Positions 22,605-33,483 of a stretch of DNA of 64,000 nucleotides are shown here, one piece after another. The notes under the pieces are model-generated. The model did not search any database and was not told the DNA's origin. It saw only the letters and a list, made by a program, of their open reading frames with translations. This DNA is from an uncultured Methanosarcinales archaeon (GTDB taxonomy: Archaea; Halobacteriota; Methanosarcinia; Methanotrichales; Methanotrichaceae): assembly GCA_963843555.1 (NCBI GenBank), contig CAWJKV010000018.1, positions 61,381 through 125,380 of the forward strand, in the 5' to 3' direction. The first letter of the stretch is position 1, and every line of letters begins with the position of its first letter. Made by a program: the position numbers and the translations under genes.

Positions 22605-24641
22605 ATGGCTGGAATGACCCAAATAAGCGTGGGCGGGAAGAAGCGAAAGACCCTAATAAATTACCTGGCAGTGTCGCTCCTGAGTCTTGTATTTCAGGTA
22701 AGCGTCCTGGGGCTCTTGGACATTTTCCTGCCGGGCCTGAGCGTACAGACTCTAGGAGCTGCCTTTTTGTTTGTCCTCATTTTGGGGCTTGCTAACAGCT
22801 TTCTCCTCCCTCTATTGGTCAATTACGCCGTGCGCATTCGTCCCCTGCTATTTCCAATATTTGTCTTCTTGATGAACGGGATACTTGTCATTCTGGTGAA
22901 TGCTTTGATACCAGGCGTTGCCATGGATTCCATCTGGACAGCCATTGAAGTATCAATAGTCATTTCGATGACAGGCATGATGGCAGGCGGAATTTTCGCT
23001 ACAGATGATTATGCATCCTATGAGCGCTTTGTTGTCCAGCCGCTCATCAAACGCTATGAAAGCTCAGAGAAAACAGACGTACCCGGTGTAATGTTCCTGG
23101 AGATTGATGGGCTTTCCAGAGAAGTACTTGATAATGCGCTGCTGCATGGCTATATGCCCACGCTGAAAAGGTGGCTGGAAAGCGGTAGCCACAAGTTAGC
23201 AGGCTGGGAGACAGACCTGTCCTGCCAGACGGGTGGCTGTCAGCCAGGAATCTTGCATGGTTATAATACCAATATCCCTGCCTTCCGATGGTACGAGAAA
23301 GAGAATGGTAGGATTCTCACATCGGGGAAGCCTCGCGATGTAGCAGAGATTGAAAAAAGAATTTCCGATGGCAAAGGATTACTTGCAAATCACGGCGCCA
23401 GTAGAGCCAATATGTATTCGGGAGACGCTGTGGAAAATATTCTCACATTAAGCACGGTTGGTTCCTCGAAGAGAAATACCATGGAATACTTCCTCATTTA
23501 CGCCAATCCCTATATGGCATCCAGGACCTTTGGGATCTTTATTTCTCATTTCATTGTTGAGGTTATGGAAGGTTGGTGGCAGCTGGTTCGTAACGAGAGG
23601 CCAAGAGTAGAACGAACCGGAGCCTATCCTTTTCAAAGGGCTGTTATGTCGGCCATTCTCCGTGAGATTAGCGTCTTCACCCTGGTGGGGGATATGCTGC
23701 GCGGTCTTCCGTCGATGTATGCCACCTTTGCGGGCTATGACGAGGTGGCCCATCATTCTGGGATAATGCGCAAAGATGCTTTGCGCGTTTTGACCGGTTT
23801 GGATAGATCGTTCGAATGGCTGGAGGAAATCTCAGAGCATGCTGCCCGTCCTTACGAATTCGTCGTACTTTCCGATCATGGTCAGAGCAATGGAGCCACA
23901 TTTTTGCAGCGCACAGGAAAAACTCTGGAGCAGGTCATAAAGGAGCTTGTCAACCTGGAAACTTATGCGCCTCCTGCCCAGGATGAGACCTGGGTGCGGA
24001 TCAATACATTGGTAACCGACGTCTCCAGGCAGAATACACGAGGTGGAAGGCTGGTGAACCGCACCGTTAGAAACAAAATGGAAGATGGAGATGTAGTGCT
24101 GGGGCCCAAGGATAAAGAGTTGAAGGCGGGAGAGAAGAACAAGGTTATTGTCCTGGCGTCTGGAAACCTGGGCCTGATATATTTCACTGCCTGGGATAAG
24201 CGCATGAGCCTGGAGCAGATCAATCAAGCCTTTCCCGGGCTGATTCCGGGGCTTTTTAAGTATCCTCAGGTCGGTTTGGTGCTGGTTCGTTCCGAGGAGC
24301 ACGGTCCACTGGTCTTGGGTTCTAAGGGAGTTTACTACTTAGAGAGCGACCGGTTTGATGGTGAGAATCCCCTGACGGCATACGGACCTAATGCGGCATT
24401 GCATCTCAAGAGAGAAGATAGTTTCATAAACGCCCCGGATTTGCTGATTAACAGCTTCTACAATCCCGAAACAGGTGAGGTGGCAGCCTTTGAAGAACTG
24501 GTAGGCTCTCATGGGGGATTGGGAGGAAGCCAGTCCCACGCCATCCTTATACATCCAGCAAATCTAATGGCAAGTTCAGAACCAATTATCGGGGCAAGTA
24601 ATTTGCATCAGGTCATCAAACAATGGGTGCCTGAGAAATGA
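22605..24641 (+). CDS. 4TM phage-holin-like (DUF360) domain fused to alkaline phosphatase/phosphodiesterase-superfamily domain
   Basis: N-terminal TM block; FLEIDGL, QT...Q.GILHG, YDEVAHH, LSDHGQ, FEELVGSHGGLGG. Confidence 0.8.
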   Translation: MAGMTQISVGGKKRKTLINYLAVSLLSLVFQVSVLGLLDIFLPGLSVQTLGAAFLFVLILGLANSFLLPLLVNYAVRIRPLLFPIFVFLMNGILVILVNALIPGVAMDSIWTAIEVSIVISMTGMMAGGIFATDDYASYERFVVQPLIKRYESSEKTDVPGVMFLEIDGLSREVLDNALLHGYMPTLKRWLESGSHKLAGWETDLSCQTGGCQPGILHGYNTNIPAFRWYEKENGRILTSGKPRDVAEIEKRISDGKGLLANHGASRANMYSGDAVENILTLSTVGSSKRNTMEYFLIYANPYMASRTFGIFISHFIVEVMEGWWQLVRNERPRVERTGAYPFQRAVMSAILREISVFTLVGDMLRGLPSMYATFAGYDEVAHHSGIMRKDALRVLTGLDRSFEWLEEISEHAARPYEFVVLSDHGQSNGATFLQRTGKTLEQVIKELVNLETYAPPAQDETWVRINTLVTDVSRQNTRGGRLVNRTVRNKMEDGDVVLGPKDKELKAGEKNKVIVLASGNLGLIYFTAWDKRMSLEQINQAFPGLIPGLFKYPQVGLVLVRSEEHGPLVLGSKGVYYLESDRFDGENPLTAYGPNAALHLKREDSFINAPDLLINSFYNPETGEVAAFEELVGSHGGLGGSQSHAILIHPANLMASSEPIIGASNLHQVIKQWVPEK

Positions 24642-24704
24642 AAGCTAAAAATTTATATTCGATAAGATTCATGAATTATTAAGAAAAAACGAGGTGAAAA
24701 TCAT

Positions 24705-25175
24705 ATGGGAATAAAAGAAACCTTCACGAACGACGAATGGAAAAACCTGCTGGAACTACCTTATGCGGTTGGATTGACCGTGATTATTGTGTCGCCATCC
24801 GGGCCCATCGGCATATACCATGAATCCAAGGAGCTCATGCAAGAGCCTGCAAAGTTGGCAGCTCAAAGCGGGTCAAGTGGATTGGTAAACGTGCTGGCAG
24901 TAGAATTGCAGACAAAAGCCAAGGAAATAATGAAAGAGCAGCAGAACGAGATCAAGCGTTCACCAACAGCCTTTAAGGACAAGACTCTCAAGGCTTGCGG
25001 TTCTGCAGCTTTAGCTCTTGGAAAAACTACTGCAGAAGAAGCTTCCGCGTACAAGCACTGGGTGTTGGCTCTGGGTCAAAAAGTAGCCGAGGCAGCCAAA
25101 GAGCATGGAGTATTGGTGAGCCCGGAGGAGAATGCTGTTTTGCAGGAGGTTTCCAAAGCTCTGGGCATGAGTTGA
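24705..25175 (+). CDS. Hypothetical helical protein
   Basis: GAGGTGA RBS; FT.DEW..L...P..VG and YK.W......VAEAAKE pattern. Confidence 0.75.
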   Translation: MGIKETFTNDEWKNLLELPYAVGLTVIIVSPSGPIGIYHESKELMQEPAKLAAQSGSSGLVNVLAVELQTKAKEIMKEQQNEIKRSPTAFKDKTLKACGSAALALGKTTAEEASAYKHWVLALGQKVAEAAKEHGVLVSPEENAVLQEVSKALGMS

Positions 25176-25288
25176 TCGAAATGACCCTTTCGGGCAGGTT
25201 TGGCGAGACTGCAAAACTCGGTCCCTCCTTTAGCTTTTGCCGTAAACTTTTTGTGCTTAGCCCTCATCCGCAAAGGCAGGGATCATTT

Positions 25289-26518
25289 CTACCTCTTCTT
25301 GTGCCCTTTCCTCCCAACCCGGGTCTCTGTTTCCTGCAAGAACTTCATGATGCCGTCTGCAGTCTGACCCTTGCGCAGGAGATCGGCCATTATTTGCATG
25401 TAACGATCGGCATGATAAAAAAAAGCCATGTAGCCAGAACAGAGGTAGTTAAGACCGAGCTCGCCGTCGGGCGTTTTGATGAAACGATTCTTAGGGCACT
25501 CGCCATTGCAGGCAAAGAGGAACCGGCATTTCCGACAATAACGGGGCAGAGTGTCACTCTTATCTTGCCCAAATTTGCGCTGCTTTTCCGATTTTACCAG
25601 CTCGATCATTGGCTTCTGCATGATGTTTCCTAAATAGTAATCGGGCTCGACAAAATGGTCGCAGGAGTAAAGGTCTCCATTATGTTCCAGGGCCATTCCC
25701 AGGCCGCATGCGGGCCCGAAGATGCATAGCGTGCCCGCCATCCCCAGCCAGCCTGCCAGTATCCCATCAAAGTTGAGTACAAATGTACTGCCCACGTCCC
25801 TTTTTACCCACTCATTGAAGATCTCGGTGAGGAAGCGGCCCCATTGTTCCGGCCTAACAGAGCGATCTGTGACCCTACTTCCCTCCTGGTAGCCCATCTC
25901 ATTATCCCGCTCTACAACGGGGATAAACTGGAGAAAGTGGGCGTCAAGCTCATCCCGAAAGAACCGATAGACTTCCAGTGGATTGTCGCCATTTCTGGAA
26001 TTGACTGCGCAGAGTATGTTGAACTCTACCTTATGTTTCTGGAGCAGCCGGGCCGCACGCATCACGCGTTCAAAGGTTCCCTGATCGCCTCTATCCCTGC
26101 GGTAGCAATCGTGAAGTTCTCCTGGTCCGTCCAGGCTGAGGCCGATCAGAAAGTTGTTCTGGTGAAAAAACCGGCACCAATCATCGTCGAGGAGAATGCC
26201 GTTTGTCTGGAAGGTGTTCTCTACATTGAGACCCGGCCGTTGATATTTCTTCTGAAGCTCTACCGAGCGCCGGAAGAAATCCAACCCCATGAGGGTGGGT
26301 TCTCCTCCCTGCCAGGCTACTGTTACCTGGGGAATCTGGTGGGCTTCGAAGAGCTGCTTGATGTAGGATTCATGCACCTCATCTGACATCCGGAAATTGC
26401 TTCCCGGATATAGCCTATCCTTCTTAAGGAAAAAGCAATAAGCGCAGTTGAGGTTGCAGGCGGAGCCTGAGGGCTTGGCCATAACGTGAAATGCTAATGG
26501 GTGTTCAGTCATTGTCAT
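25289..26518 (-). CDS. Anaerobic sulfatase-maturating enzyme (radical SAM/SPASM)
   Basis: AKPSGSACNLNCAYCFFL, WQGGEPTL, YSCDHFV, C..C.....CNGECPKNR. Confidence 0.92.
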   Translation of the reverse strand: MTMTEHPLAFHVMAKPSGSACNLNCAYCFFLKKDRLYPGSNFRMSDEVHESYIKQLFEAHQIPQVTVAWQGGEPTLMGLDFFRRSVELQKKYQRPGLNVENTFQTNGILLDDDWCRFFHQNNFLIGLSLDGPGELHDCYRRDRGDQGTFERVMRAARLLQKHKVEFNILCAVNSRNGDNPLEVYRFFRDELDAHFLQFIPVVERDNEMGYQEGSRVTDRSVRPEQWGRFLTEIFNEWVKRDVGSTFVLNFDGILAGWLGMAGTLCIFGPACGLGMALEHNGDLYSCDHFVEPDYYLGNIMQKPMIELVKSEKQRKFGQDKSDTLPRYCRKCRFLFACNGECPKNRFIKTPDGELGLNYLCSGYMAFFYHADRYMQIMADLLRKGQTADGIMKFLQETETRVGRKGHKKR

Positions 26519-26603
26519 ATCTTCCTTCACGACATATCTATTATTGAAGGAGTTTATGTAGTCAGCGATTTTAGGGACTATACAGGCAAAAGCTTTAAAC
26601 ATA

Positions 26604-27545
26604 ATGGTTCCGTGTAATACTGACGTGGAAAAGGTCACAAAAGAGATTGAATCTTCTGAACCGAATCATTGTCAACACCCACTGGAACACTGTCTAAGCT
26701 TTCGGTTGAACGAGAAGATTCAGCGAGCAAGGTCCCAGCTGAATTACAGAGTCGGTGACACCAGCTTTAAAGCAAAGGAATTCCAGATCGTTCCCATCTC
26801 TCTAACCATCCGCGGGCTTGATCCCGTCTTCGAGGGATACCGACTGGTTCATATCTCCGATATCCATCTCGGCCAGTGGATCACTGCGGAACGCCTGGAG
26901 GGAGTTGTAGATCTGATCAATCAGCAGGACCCAGATCTAGTGGCGATAACGGGCGATTTCGTCTCCTATATCTTAGATGACCATATCGGGGAACAACTGG
27001 CCAGATCTCTTGCCAGATTGAGCCCCAAAGATGCTACCGTAGCGGTCCTGGGCAACCATGATCATTGGGTAGGAGCTGATGATCTCCGCCTGTTGATTAA
27101 AAGCAGCAATGTAATGGATCTCAGCAATGACGTCTTCACCGTTACGAGAGGCCAGGCGATGCTGCATATCGCCGGTCTGGATGATATCTGGGTAAATAGG
27201 CATCGTTTTGATCTGGTATTGAGCAAGCTGCCGCCATCCGGACCTGCAATCCTGTTGGTGCATGAGCCCGATTTTGCCGATGTGAGCGCCCAGACCGGCC
27301 GTTTCAGCCTGCAGCTCTCTGGCCACTCCCATGGAGGACAGATTGTGATTCCAAAATTGGGAACACCGGTTCGCAGCAAACACTTCTGGAAATATCCGCT
27401 GGGCAGGTATCAGGTGGGCGACATGGTGCAATATACCAATCGTGGATTGGGCACTAATTTGTTCTGGTCAAGGATCAACTGTCCACCAGAAATCACGATC
27501 TTTACCCTCCACTCAGGAAACGGTCAGGGTAAGGACTCATTTTAG
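26604..27545 (+). CDS. Calcineurin-like metallophosphoesterase (YkuE-like)
   Basis: SDIH, TGDF, GNHD, HEPD, SGHSHGGQ, NRGLG. Confidence 0.9.
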   Translation: MVPCNTDVEKVTKEIESSEPNHCQHPLEHCLSFRLNEKIQRARSQLNYRVGDTSFKAKEFQIVPISLTIRGLDPVFEGYRLVHISDIHLGQWITAERLEGVVDLINQQDPDLVAITGDFVSYILDDHIGEQLARSLARLSPKDATVAVLGNHDHWVGADDLRLLIKSSNVMDLSNDVFTVTRGQAMLHIAGLDDIWVNRHRFDLVLSKLPPSGPAILLVHEPDFADVSAQTGRFSLQLSGHSHGGQIVIPKLGTPVRSKHFWKYPLGRYQVGDMVQYTNRGLGTNLFWSRINCPPEITIFTLHSGNGQGKDSF

Positions 27546-27621
27546 GCCTGGCAGAATCAGACAATCTATAGTCTAATTCTCTTTCCAATAATCAGGAATG
27601 AAAAAATAAAATGCGGTCGAA

Positions 27622-28299
27622 CTAAAGCATACCCTGTGTGCTCTGGCTCGGGCTGGCCTCCGTGTTCTGATCCATATCCTGGAGTGTATATCGCCTGTTC
27701 AGTTGGGCTCCCTCATGGGTTGGATCGAGAAGTAAGGCCTTATTAAAGCTATCCAAAGCATCCTGGTACCTCCCCATTTCCCGGAGAACTACACCTTCGT
27801 TATTCCAACCCGAGGGATTCAAAGGCTCTATTTGGGTGGCAGTATCGAAGCAGGCCAGTGACCCGGAAAAATCTCCGCTATTAGCCAATGCCATGCCTTT
27901 TCCAATCCAGGCATCAAAATTTGAAGAATTTAGCTGTAGGGCCTGATCAAAGCTGGCTATGGCTTCATCATTTCTCTTCAGACCCTGGGAGAGGGCAACC
28001 CCTTTCAAGTTCAAAGCTGCGACATAGGTGGAGTTGATTGCGAGTGCCCTATCAAAACTGGCGATAGCATCTTCGAAACGGCCCAGGTTGGCGAGGGCTT
28101 TTCCCTTGTTGTCCCACAGGTCTACGTTATTGGGATCCAGCTCCAGTGCCTTATCATAGCTTGCTGCCGCCTCTTCAAAGCTATTGTTGAAGAAGTACCG
28201 GTCTGCCTGGTTGGACCAGTACTCTGCGGTGTATTGACCCATTGCCTGCGGAATGCATACCGCCACCAGGGCAGTGATGATGATAACTTCGAGCTTCAT
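27622..28299 (-). CDS. Secreted TPR-repeat protein
   Basis: Signal peptide + ~5 TPRs (W.NKG.AL..LG...EA...FD.AL..NP). Confidence 0.88.
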   Translation of the reverse strand: MKLEVIIITALVAVCIPQAMGQYTAEYWSNQADRYFFNNSFEEAAASYDKALELDPNNVDLWDNKGKALANLGRFEDAIASFDRALAINSTYVAALNLKGVALSQGLKRNDEAIASFDQALQLNSSNFDAWIGKGMALANSGDFSGSLACFDTATQIEPLNPSGWNNEGVVLREMGRYQDALDSFNKALLLDPTHEGAQLNRRYTLQDMDQNTEASPSQSTQGML

Positions 28300-28492
28300 G
28301 GGAGACCCCTCTACTACCAGGTGGTAAATATCTCTACCCCTTGAAAAGCGGTATTCGATAGCGGCCCATCCCCGGTTATGGGAATGGTCTTTCGGGCACA
28401 AAAGTTAATTAATTCCCTGCCCCTATCATCACCAAACGCCAGGGCGTTCCTTGCAGGAATATCTTTGGCAAAGGCGTGAGGAGGTTCTTAAT

Positions 28493-28912
28493 TTGAAGAG
28501 ATTTGATATGATGCTGGAAAATGACATATCCGGTTATGAGGGCGAATTTTCCGAGCTTATTCACCAGGCTCCGGCTTTATACAGGATGATGACAAAGCTG
28601 CTTGACGACAGTGCTCTTCCGAGATCCATATCACCCCTGGTCATCGCTGCCATCGCATACTTCATTCTGCCCGAAGACATCATACCTGAGGATAAGTACG
28701 GGCCGGTCGGCTATGTGGATGATATCTATCTTTGCGCTTTTGTTGCCAATGAGGTGACGAAGGTATCCGGATCTCCAGAAATTCTGGCCAGAAATTGGGA
28801 CGGAAAAGCATCAATCGTGGATCTGGTAAAGGAGATACTTGATCGCGAGAATGAGTTGATTGGCACCAAGAAAGAGCGCATAATGCAGTATATAGGCCTC
28901 GATCAGCTCTAG
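28493..28912 (+). CDS. DUF1232 (YkvA) family protein
   Basis: AIAYFILP.DIIPE....GYVDD; TTG start after GAGGAGG. Confidence 0.85.
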   Translation: MKRFDMMLENDISGYEGEFSELIHQAPALYRMMTKLLDDSALPRSISPLVIAAIAYFILPEDIIPEDKYGPVGYVDDIYLCAFVANEVTKVSGSPEILARNWDGKASIVDLVKEILDRENELIGTKKERIMQYIGLDQL

Positions 28913-28981
28913 ATCGAAATTGAATTAAACGGCATTTGGGCATGTGTCCAAAATCGCAATAGATCCATCTTCAGCTCAAAA

Positions 28982-29296
28982 TTAAAATTTTCCGGGTTTA
29001 TACGGCCTTCTCATCTGCTCGCCGCAAGAGAGACAGGTGGTGGTGAGAACGCCATCACGAAGCCTCACCCTACAGGCTTTTGGGGAAAGATAGCCTCTGC
29101 AATGCTTGCAGAATAGTCTCTTCAGCGTTGGAGGCATTCGGACTCTGGTGCGGGTGCTGATGCGGCAGGCGATCTGCACGTATCTCTTACTCCTCTCAGG
29201 GTGAATCTCATGCGCCGATGCCGCCAGACTAAAGAGTCGCTCCATGCGTTGAAGTGCCAGATCCCTGACCTTGTGGCTGTCCTTTCTGCGTCTCAC
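28982..29296 (-). CDS. rnp4: RNase P protein component 4 (Rpp21)
   Basis: A..R...LF, RYV..A, KRLFCKHC, TCLSCG...R.P. Confidence 0.92.
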   Translation of the reverse strand: MRRRKDSHKVRDLALQRMERLFSLAASAHEIHPERSKRYVQIACRISTRTRVRMPPTLKRLFCKHCRGYLSPKACRVRLRDGVLTTTCLSCGEQMRRPYKPGKF

Positions 29297-29382
29297 GGTT
29301 ATTATTGAAGCGACCAGGCTATAAAACCTATTTCGTCGACTCTTTGAGAACCTATTTCTATACCAGTAGCAGTCTCTCTGCC

Positions 29383-29643
29383 ATGCCTGTTAAACCGTTT
29401 TCCCTTGAGATCACCCCCGAGATGGAGGATTACATCCGCGCCCGCTCGACAGACCTGCGCGTGGCCACGACCTGTGAAGGTCCTCTGATCTTTTCGATCA
29501 GGACCAGCCCGCCCAAGGCGACCGATCACATAATCACAGTAGGCGAACGAAAGGTCTACGTTTCTGCAGTTCAGGCACCCTACATCAAAGCCATAGACAC
29601 CGGTATGCTGCCGCGCTGCGCTATCGAGAAGAAGCGTCACTGA
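29383..29643 (+). CDS. Conserved hypothetical protein
   Basis: Coding-like ORF, D.RV.T.C.GP...PPK..D.....G...YVS pattern. Confidence 0.6.
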   Translation: MPVKPFSLEITPEMEDYIRARSTDLRVATTCEGPLIFSIRTSPPKATDHIITVGERKVYVSAVQAPYIKAIDTGMLPRCAIEKKRH

Positions 29644-29716
29644 GCTTTTCTGTTCGGCAAAATCGCAGGCTCAGATGCTTCTATAAAAATAATGTTAAAA
29701 AAATTATGCGTGCGAT

Positions 29717-29902
29717 TCAATTCGACTGCGTTTGAGCTATCTTTTTTTTTTGGCAGACGGTATTGGCTTTCAGCCGATCAGGGCCGGATTCCTTTAACCC
29801 GGATACTGCAAGAAACGACCACCAAATGACCAGGCAGACTACTACCGCCAATGAAATAGTGAAATAATCCATCATCAACATCGCCTTGATACTACATCTC
29901 AT
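29717..29902 (-). CDS. Possible small membrane protein
   Basis: One hydrophobic helix followed by a basic tail; no other support. Confidence 0.3.
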   Translation of the reverse strand: MRCSIKAMLMMDYFTISLAVVVCLVIWWSFLAVSGLKESGPDRLKANTVCQKKKIAQTQSN

Positions 29903-30149
29903 TCTAGGATATTATAGACGATTGTGATAAGCGGATCCATCCATAAATTGTACTTTTTATCAATTGTATGCGAAGGCAAAATCTTAAATTTAAATATCAC
30001 TGGATGGAATACTATTCAAAAACAATATTGATTATATATTTAAGATAAACGATTTGTTTCGGGTGATTAATCAAAAATTTCCATAATTAGGTTGCTCAAA
30101 GCCCCTGTGGAACTGTTTAGATCCTTCTTAACGAAAAAGCAAAAAAAGT

Positions 30150-30701
30150 TTAAATGCCGTCCAGCCATTCTTTCAGGGCGCGCATGGACTTTGCACGGTG
30201 AGAGATCCGGTTCTTCTCTGCTATCTCCATCTCGCCCAGACTCTTTTCGCCAACGTAGAAGATTGGATCGTAGCCAAAGCCAGAACTTCCTCGCGCCTCA
30301 AAGCCAATCTGGCCCCAAACAATCCCTTTGAACATTTGCGGCTCCAGCCCCGGCTCGGCATAGACTACCACGGATTTGAAGAAGGCTTTACGGTTCTCTA
30401 CTCCTTCCATAAGCCGCAATATCCCATCATTGCCGATGGTCTTCTGGACATAAGCCGAGTAAACACCAGGAAAACCCTGCAGAGCTTCGATGAAGAGGCC
30501 CGCATCCTCAAGCATCACCGCCCCCACTAATCTGGTCGCGACCTCCTTCATGCCAAATATGGCCACCTCTTCCAGTGTATCTGCCTGGATCTCCGTATAG
30601 CCGATATCCTTTTGATTCAGATCCCCGAAGATGCCTTGGGCCTCCGCAAACTTTCCCTTATTGCTGGTGACAAAATTGATCATTTCTTCTCCTGCAACCA
30701 T
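30150..30701 (-). CDS. rdgB: XTP/dITP diphosphatase (HAM1/RdgB)
   Basis: TSNKGK, EDAGL, FPGVYS, GFGYDPIF, KNRISHR. Confidence 0.93.
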   Translation of the reverse strand: MVAGEEMINFVTSNKGKFAEAQGIFGDLNQKDIGYTEIQADTLEEVAIFGMKEVATRLVGAVMLEDAGLFIEALQGFPGVYSAYVQKTIGNDGILRLMEGVENRKAFFKSVVVYAEPGLEPQMFKGIVWGQIGFEARGSSGFGYDPIFYVGEKSLGEMEIAEKNRISHRAKSMRALKEWLDGI

Positions 30702-30726
30702 TCTTTACAGGATGTCTTAAGTTTAT

Positions 30727-31516
30727 CTAGCTTTTTTTAGCTTCCACCTCCAGCCTCACCATCCCGACATGAACATTTCCCTCTTCATCGAGTGGGTGTT
30801 CCCGGATGTACCTGTCAACCACTTCGCAGATGAAATCCATTTGCAGGTCTCCCGGTACTCTTTCGGTATATGGCAGCCATGTAGCCTTCACCCAGGAGAT
30901 CAGTCCTTCCCGTCCCCTCTGAACCATATCCTTTGCCACCAGATCCACCCTCAAGGTTCTCAGGCCGGACCGGTTGAGCCAGGTCCGATATTCGTCAGGG
31001 CCGAAGAAGCCATAAGGAAACCTGAACCCATCGAAGTAAACGGACCAGTTCTCCCCAGAAATGAGCTCATCCACAACCTCCAGGATCCCGGCGGCATTGC
31101 CCCTGCCTCCAAACTGCATCAAAACCTTGCCGCCTTTCTTGAGGCTGCGTCTTATCCCTTCCAGAACCGGTCCATGATCCTGCACCCAATGGAGGCACGC
31201 AAAGGAAAGAACGAGATCGAACTCACCTTCATACTGTAAATCCGAAGCGTCTCCATGCTGGAAGGCGAGGTTAGGCCGGGCTGAAGTCGGGAACCTATCC
31301 CTGGCGAAGCTCAGCATCTCCCGAGAATTGTCGAGGCCCGTGACCGATCCCCTGGGGACGAGTAGCGCAATCTCCGCTGTGATTTTGCCATCTCCACATC
31401 CAATATCGAGGATCCTGTTCATCTCCCCGGATCGAGATCTTGGACAGGAATTCCTGAGCCCATTTCTGCTGGGCAGACGAACTCTTCTCATACACTTTGG
31501 GGTCCCAACTGTGCAT
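30727..31516 (-). CDS. Class I SAM methyltransferase (trans-aconitate MT-like); +1 frameshift ~31420
   Basis: W....Y...S..Q..WA in one frame joins ILDIGCGDG, FDLVLSFACLHW in another. Confidence 0.85.
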
Positions 31517-31547
31517 CACTGACCTCCTCTGCAGTTTAACCTCCATC

Positions 31548-31570
31548 TGAGATTAAGGCATTTAATCTCA
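31548..31570. promoter_or_regulatory. Perfect 9-bp inverted repeat in divergent promoter (candidate operator)
   Basis: tgagattaa-ggcat-ttaatctca. Confidence 0.4.
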
Positions 31571-31644
31571 TCTGACCCAAGGGCAACGTTTTTAGATGCC
31601 TAGCATAAAGTAGCAGGCGTTAACGGCAATCTGGTGAGAACAAG

Positions 31645-32886
31645 ATGGATCTGGGGGATAGAGTCTCCGTAGAGAGGAACGGCATAGCCTATGAGGGCGT
31701 GCTCATGCCATCCCGGCGCGTTGGACATGTGGTCCTAAAGCTGAACAATGGCTACAACATCGGCCTGCGGGCTAGAGAGAGCGACCTTGTGCTCGTGGAG
31801 AAGGGCCAGGATCTGAAGCCTTTGCAGAAAGATAGTTCGCTGCAAAAGAAGGCTGGACTTCCCCAGGTGTCCATTCTGTCCACAGGAGGGACGATTGCCA
31901 GCAAGGTCGATTACAGGACGGGCGCTGTCACCAGCCAGTTCTCTGCCGGCGAGATCATCTCCGCCATCCCGGAGCTGGAGGAGATTGCCAACTACCATGC
32001 CCGGGTGATCTATCAGATCTTGAGCGAGAACATGCGCGCCGACTACTGGACGACGCTCGCGCGGGCTGTGGCAGAAGAGATCCAGAACGGCGCCGAGGGT
32101 GTTATCATAACCCACGGCACCGATACCATGATGTACACTGCGGCAGCGCTCTCCTTCATGCTGAAGACTCCTGTGCCGGTGGTCATCGTCGGCTCGCAGA
32201 GGAGCTCTGATCGGCCCAGCAGCGATGCTTCCATGAACGCCGTCTGCGCGGCCTCTGTTGCCATCAGCGACATCGCAGAGGTCTGTGTGGTTATGCATGG
32301 CACGACCAGCGATGATTACTGTTCCATTCACCGCGGCACGCGCGTTCGCAAGATGCATACCTCTCGCCGGGACGCCTTCCAGACTATGAACCAGCCGCCC
32401 TTAGGGCGCGTCGATTACCTCACCAGGAAGATTCAGACCTTCCTGCCTTACCGCCGCCGTGGGGAAACGGAACTGCAATTGGCAGAAATGCTTGAGCCCA
32501 AATGCAGTCTCGTCAAGTACACACCCGGATCTTCTCCGGAGATCTTGAACTACTACATCGATAAAGGCTATCGGGGAATCGTCCTGGAGGGAACCGGCCT
32601 CGGTCACGTGGCTTCCGACTGGATAGACGGCATAAAAAGAGCCACAGAGGAGGCCGTCCCAGTGGTCATAACCTCGCAATGTCTGCGAGGCAGGATATGC
32701 GATAGAGTATACGACACCGGGCGCTACATGCTTGATGCAGGAGCAATCGAAGGTGAGGACATGCTGCCCGAAGTAGCACTGGTCAAGCTCATGTGGGTAC
32801 TGGCAAACAGGCCGGATGAGGTTCATTCGTTGATGAAGACGCCCCTCGCAGGCGAGATCGCCTTCTCCACGCCCATCACTGTGTAA
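31645..32886 (+). CDS. gatD: Glutamyl-tRNA(Gln) amidotransferase subunit D
   Basis: [48 protein letters not shown]. Confidence 0.96.
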   Translation: MDLGDRVSVERNGIAYEGVLMPSRRVGHVVLKLNNGYNIGLRARESDLVLVEKGQDLKPLQKDSSLQKKAGLPQVSILSTGGTIASKVDYRTGAVTSQFSAGEIISAIPELEEIANYHARVIYQILSENMRADYWTTLARAVAEEIQNGAEGVIITHGTDTMMYTAAALSFMLKTPVPVVIVGSQRSSDRPSSDASMNAVCAASVAISDIAEVCVVMHGTTSDDYCSIHRGTRVRKMHTSRRDAFQTMNQPPLGRVDYLTRKIQTFLPYRRRGETELQLAEMLEPKCSLVKYTPGSSPEILNYYIDKGYRGIVLEGTGLGHVASDWIDGIKRATEEAVPVVITSQCLRGRICDRVYDTGRYMLDAGAIEGEDMLPEVALVKLMWVLANRPDEVHSLMKTPLAGEIAFSTPITV

Positions 32887-32962
32887 GATGAAAGGATAAA
32901 GGCCAAACCTTATAAGCAAGGTGAATAGTGCCACAATCTCAGGATTATTGGAGGAATTCGTT

Positions 32963-33478
32963 TTGACACGCAAGCCAGCAAGCATGTATAGAAGACGGGA
33001 ACGCCCCTATACGCGCAGGATGTACATGGGCGGCGTCCCGGGAAGCAAGGTAGTTCACTACGATATGGGAAATCTGCAGGAGGATTTTCCCATAAAGCTC
33101 ACGCTAGTCGTCAAAGAGCCCTGCCAGATCAGGCACACCGCTCTTGAGGCGGCCAGGGTCGCAGCCAACCGTTTCCTTCTGAAGCAGGTGGGCAGAACTA
33201 ACTTCCACCTCAAACTCAGGACTTATCCTCACCATGTTATCCGTGAGAATAAGCAGGCCACGGGCGCAGGTGCGGACCGTGTCTCCAGCGGCATGAGAAT
33301 GGCTTTCGGCAAGGCTGTAGGAACTGCGGCCAGGGTCGAGGCTGGCCAGAAGCTCTTCACCCTTGGAGTGACCCCTCAATACCTTAACGATGCCAAGGAG
33401 GCATTGACAAGGGCAGGGCATAAATTGCCGACACCTATTCAGATCGTCGTGGATTCGGGTCAAGAGTTTATAAGGTAA
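32963..33478 (+). CDS. rpl10e: 50S ribosomal protein uL16 (L10e)
   Basis: [40 protein letters not shown]. Confidence 0.96.
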   Translation: MTRKPASMYRRRERPYTRRMYMGGVPGSKVVHYDMGNLQEDFPIKLTLVVKEPCQIRHTALEAARVAANRFLLKQVGRTNFHLKLRTYPHHVIRENKQATGAGADRVSSGMRMAFGKAVGTAARVEAGQKLFTLGVTPQYLNDAKEALTRAGHKLPTPIQIVVDSGQEFIR

Positions 33479-33483
33479 TTTGG

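Noticed and set aside
22605..23020. Holin-like domain as evidence of a prophage
   Set aside because: Fused to a phosphodiesterase-like domain; no phage, integrase or endolysin genes in the window.
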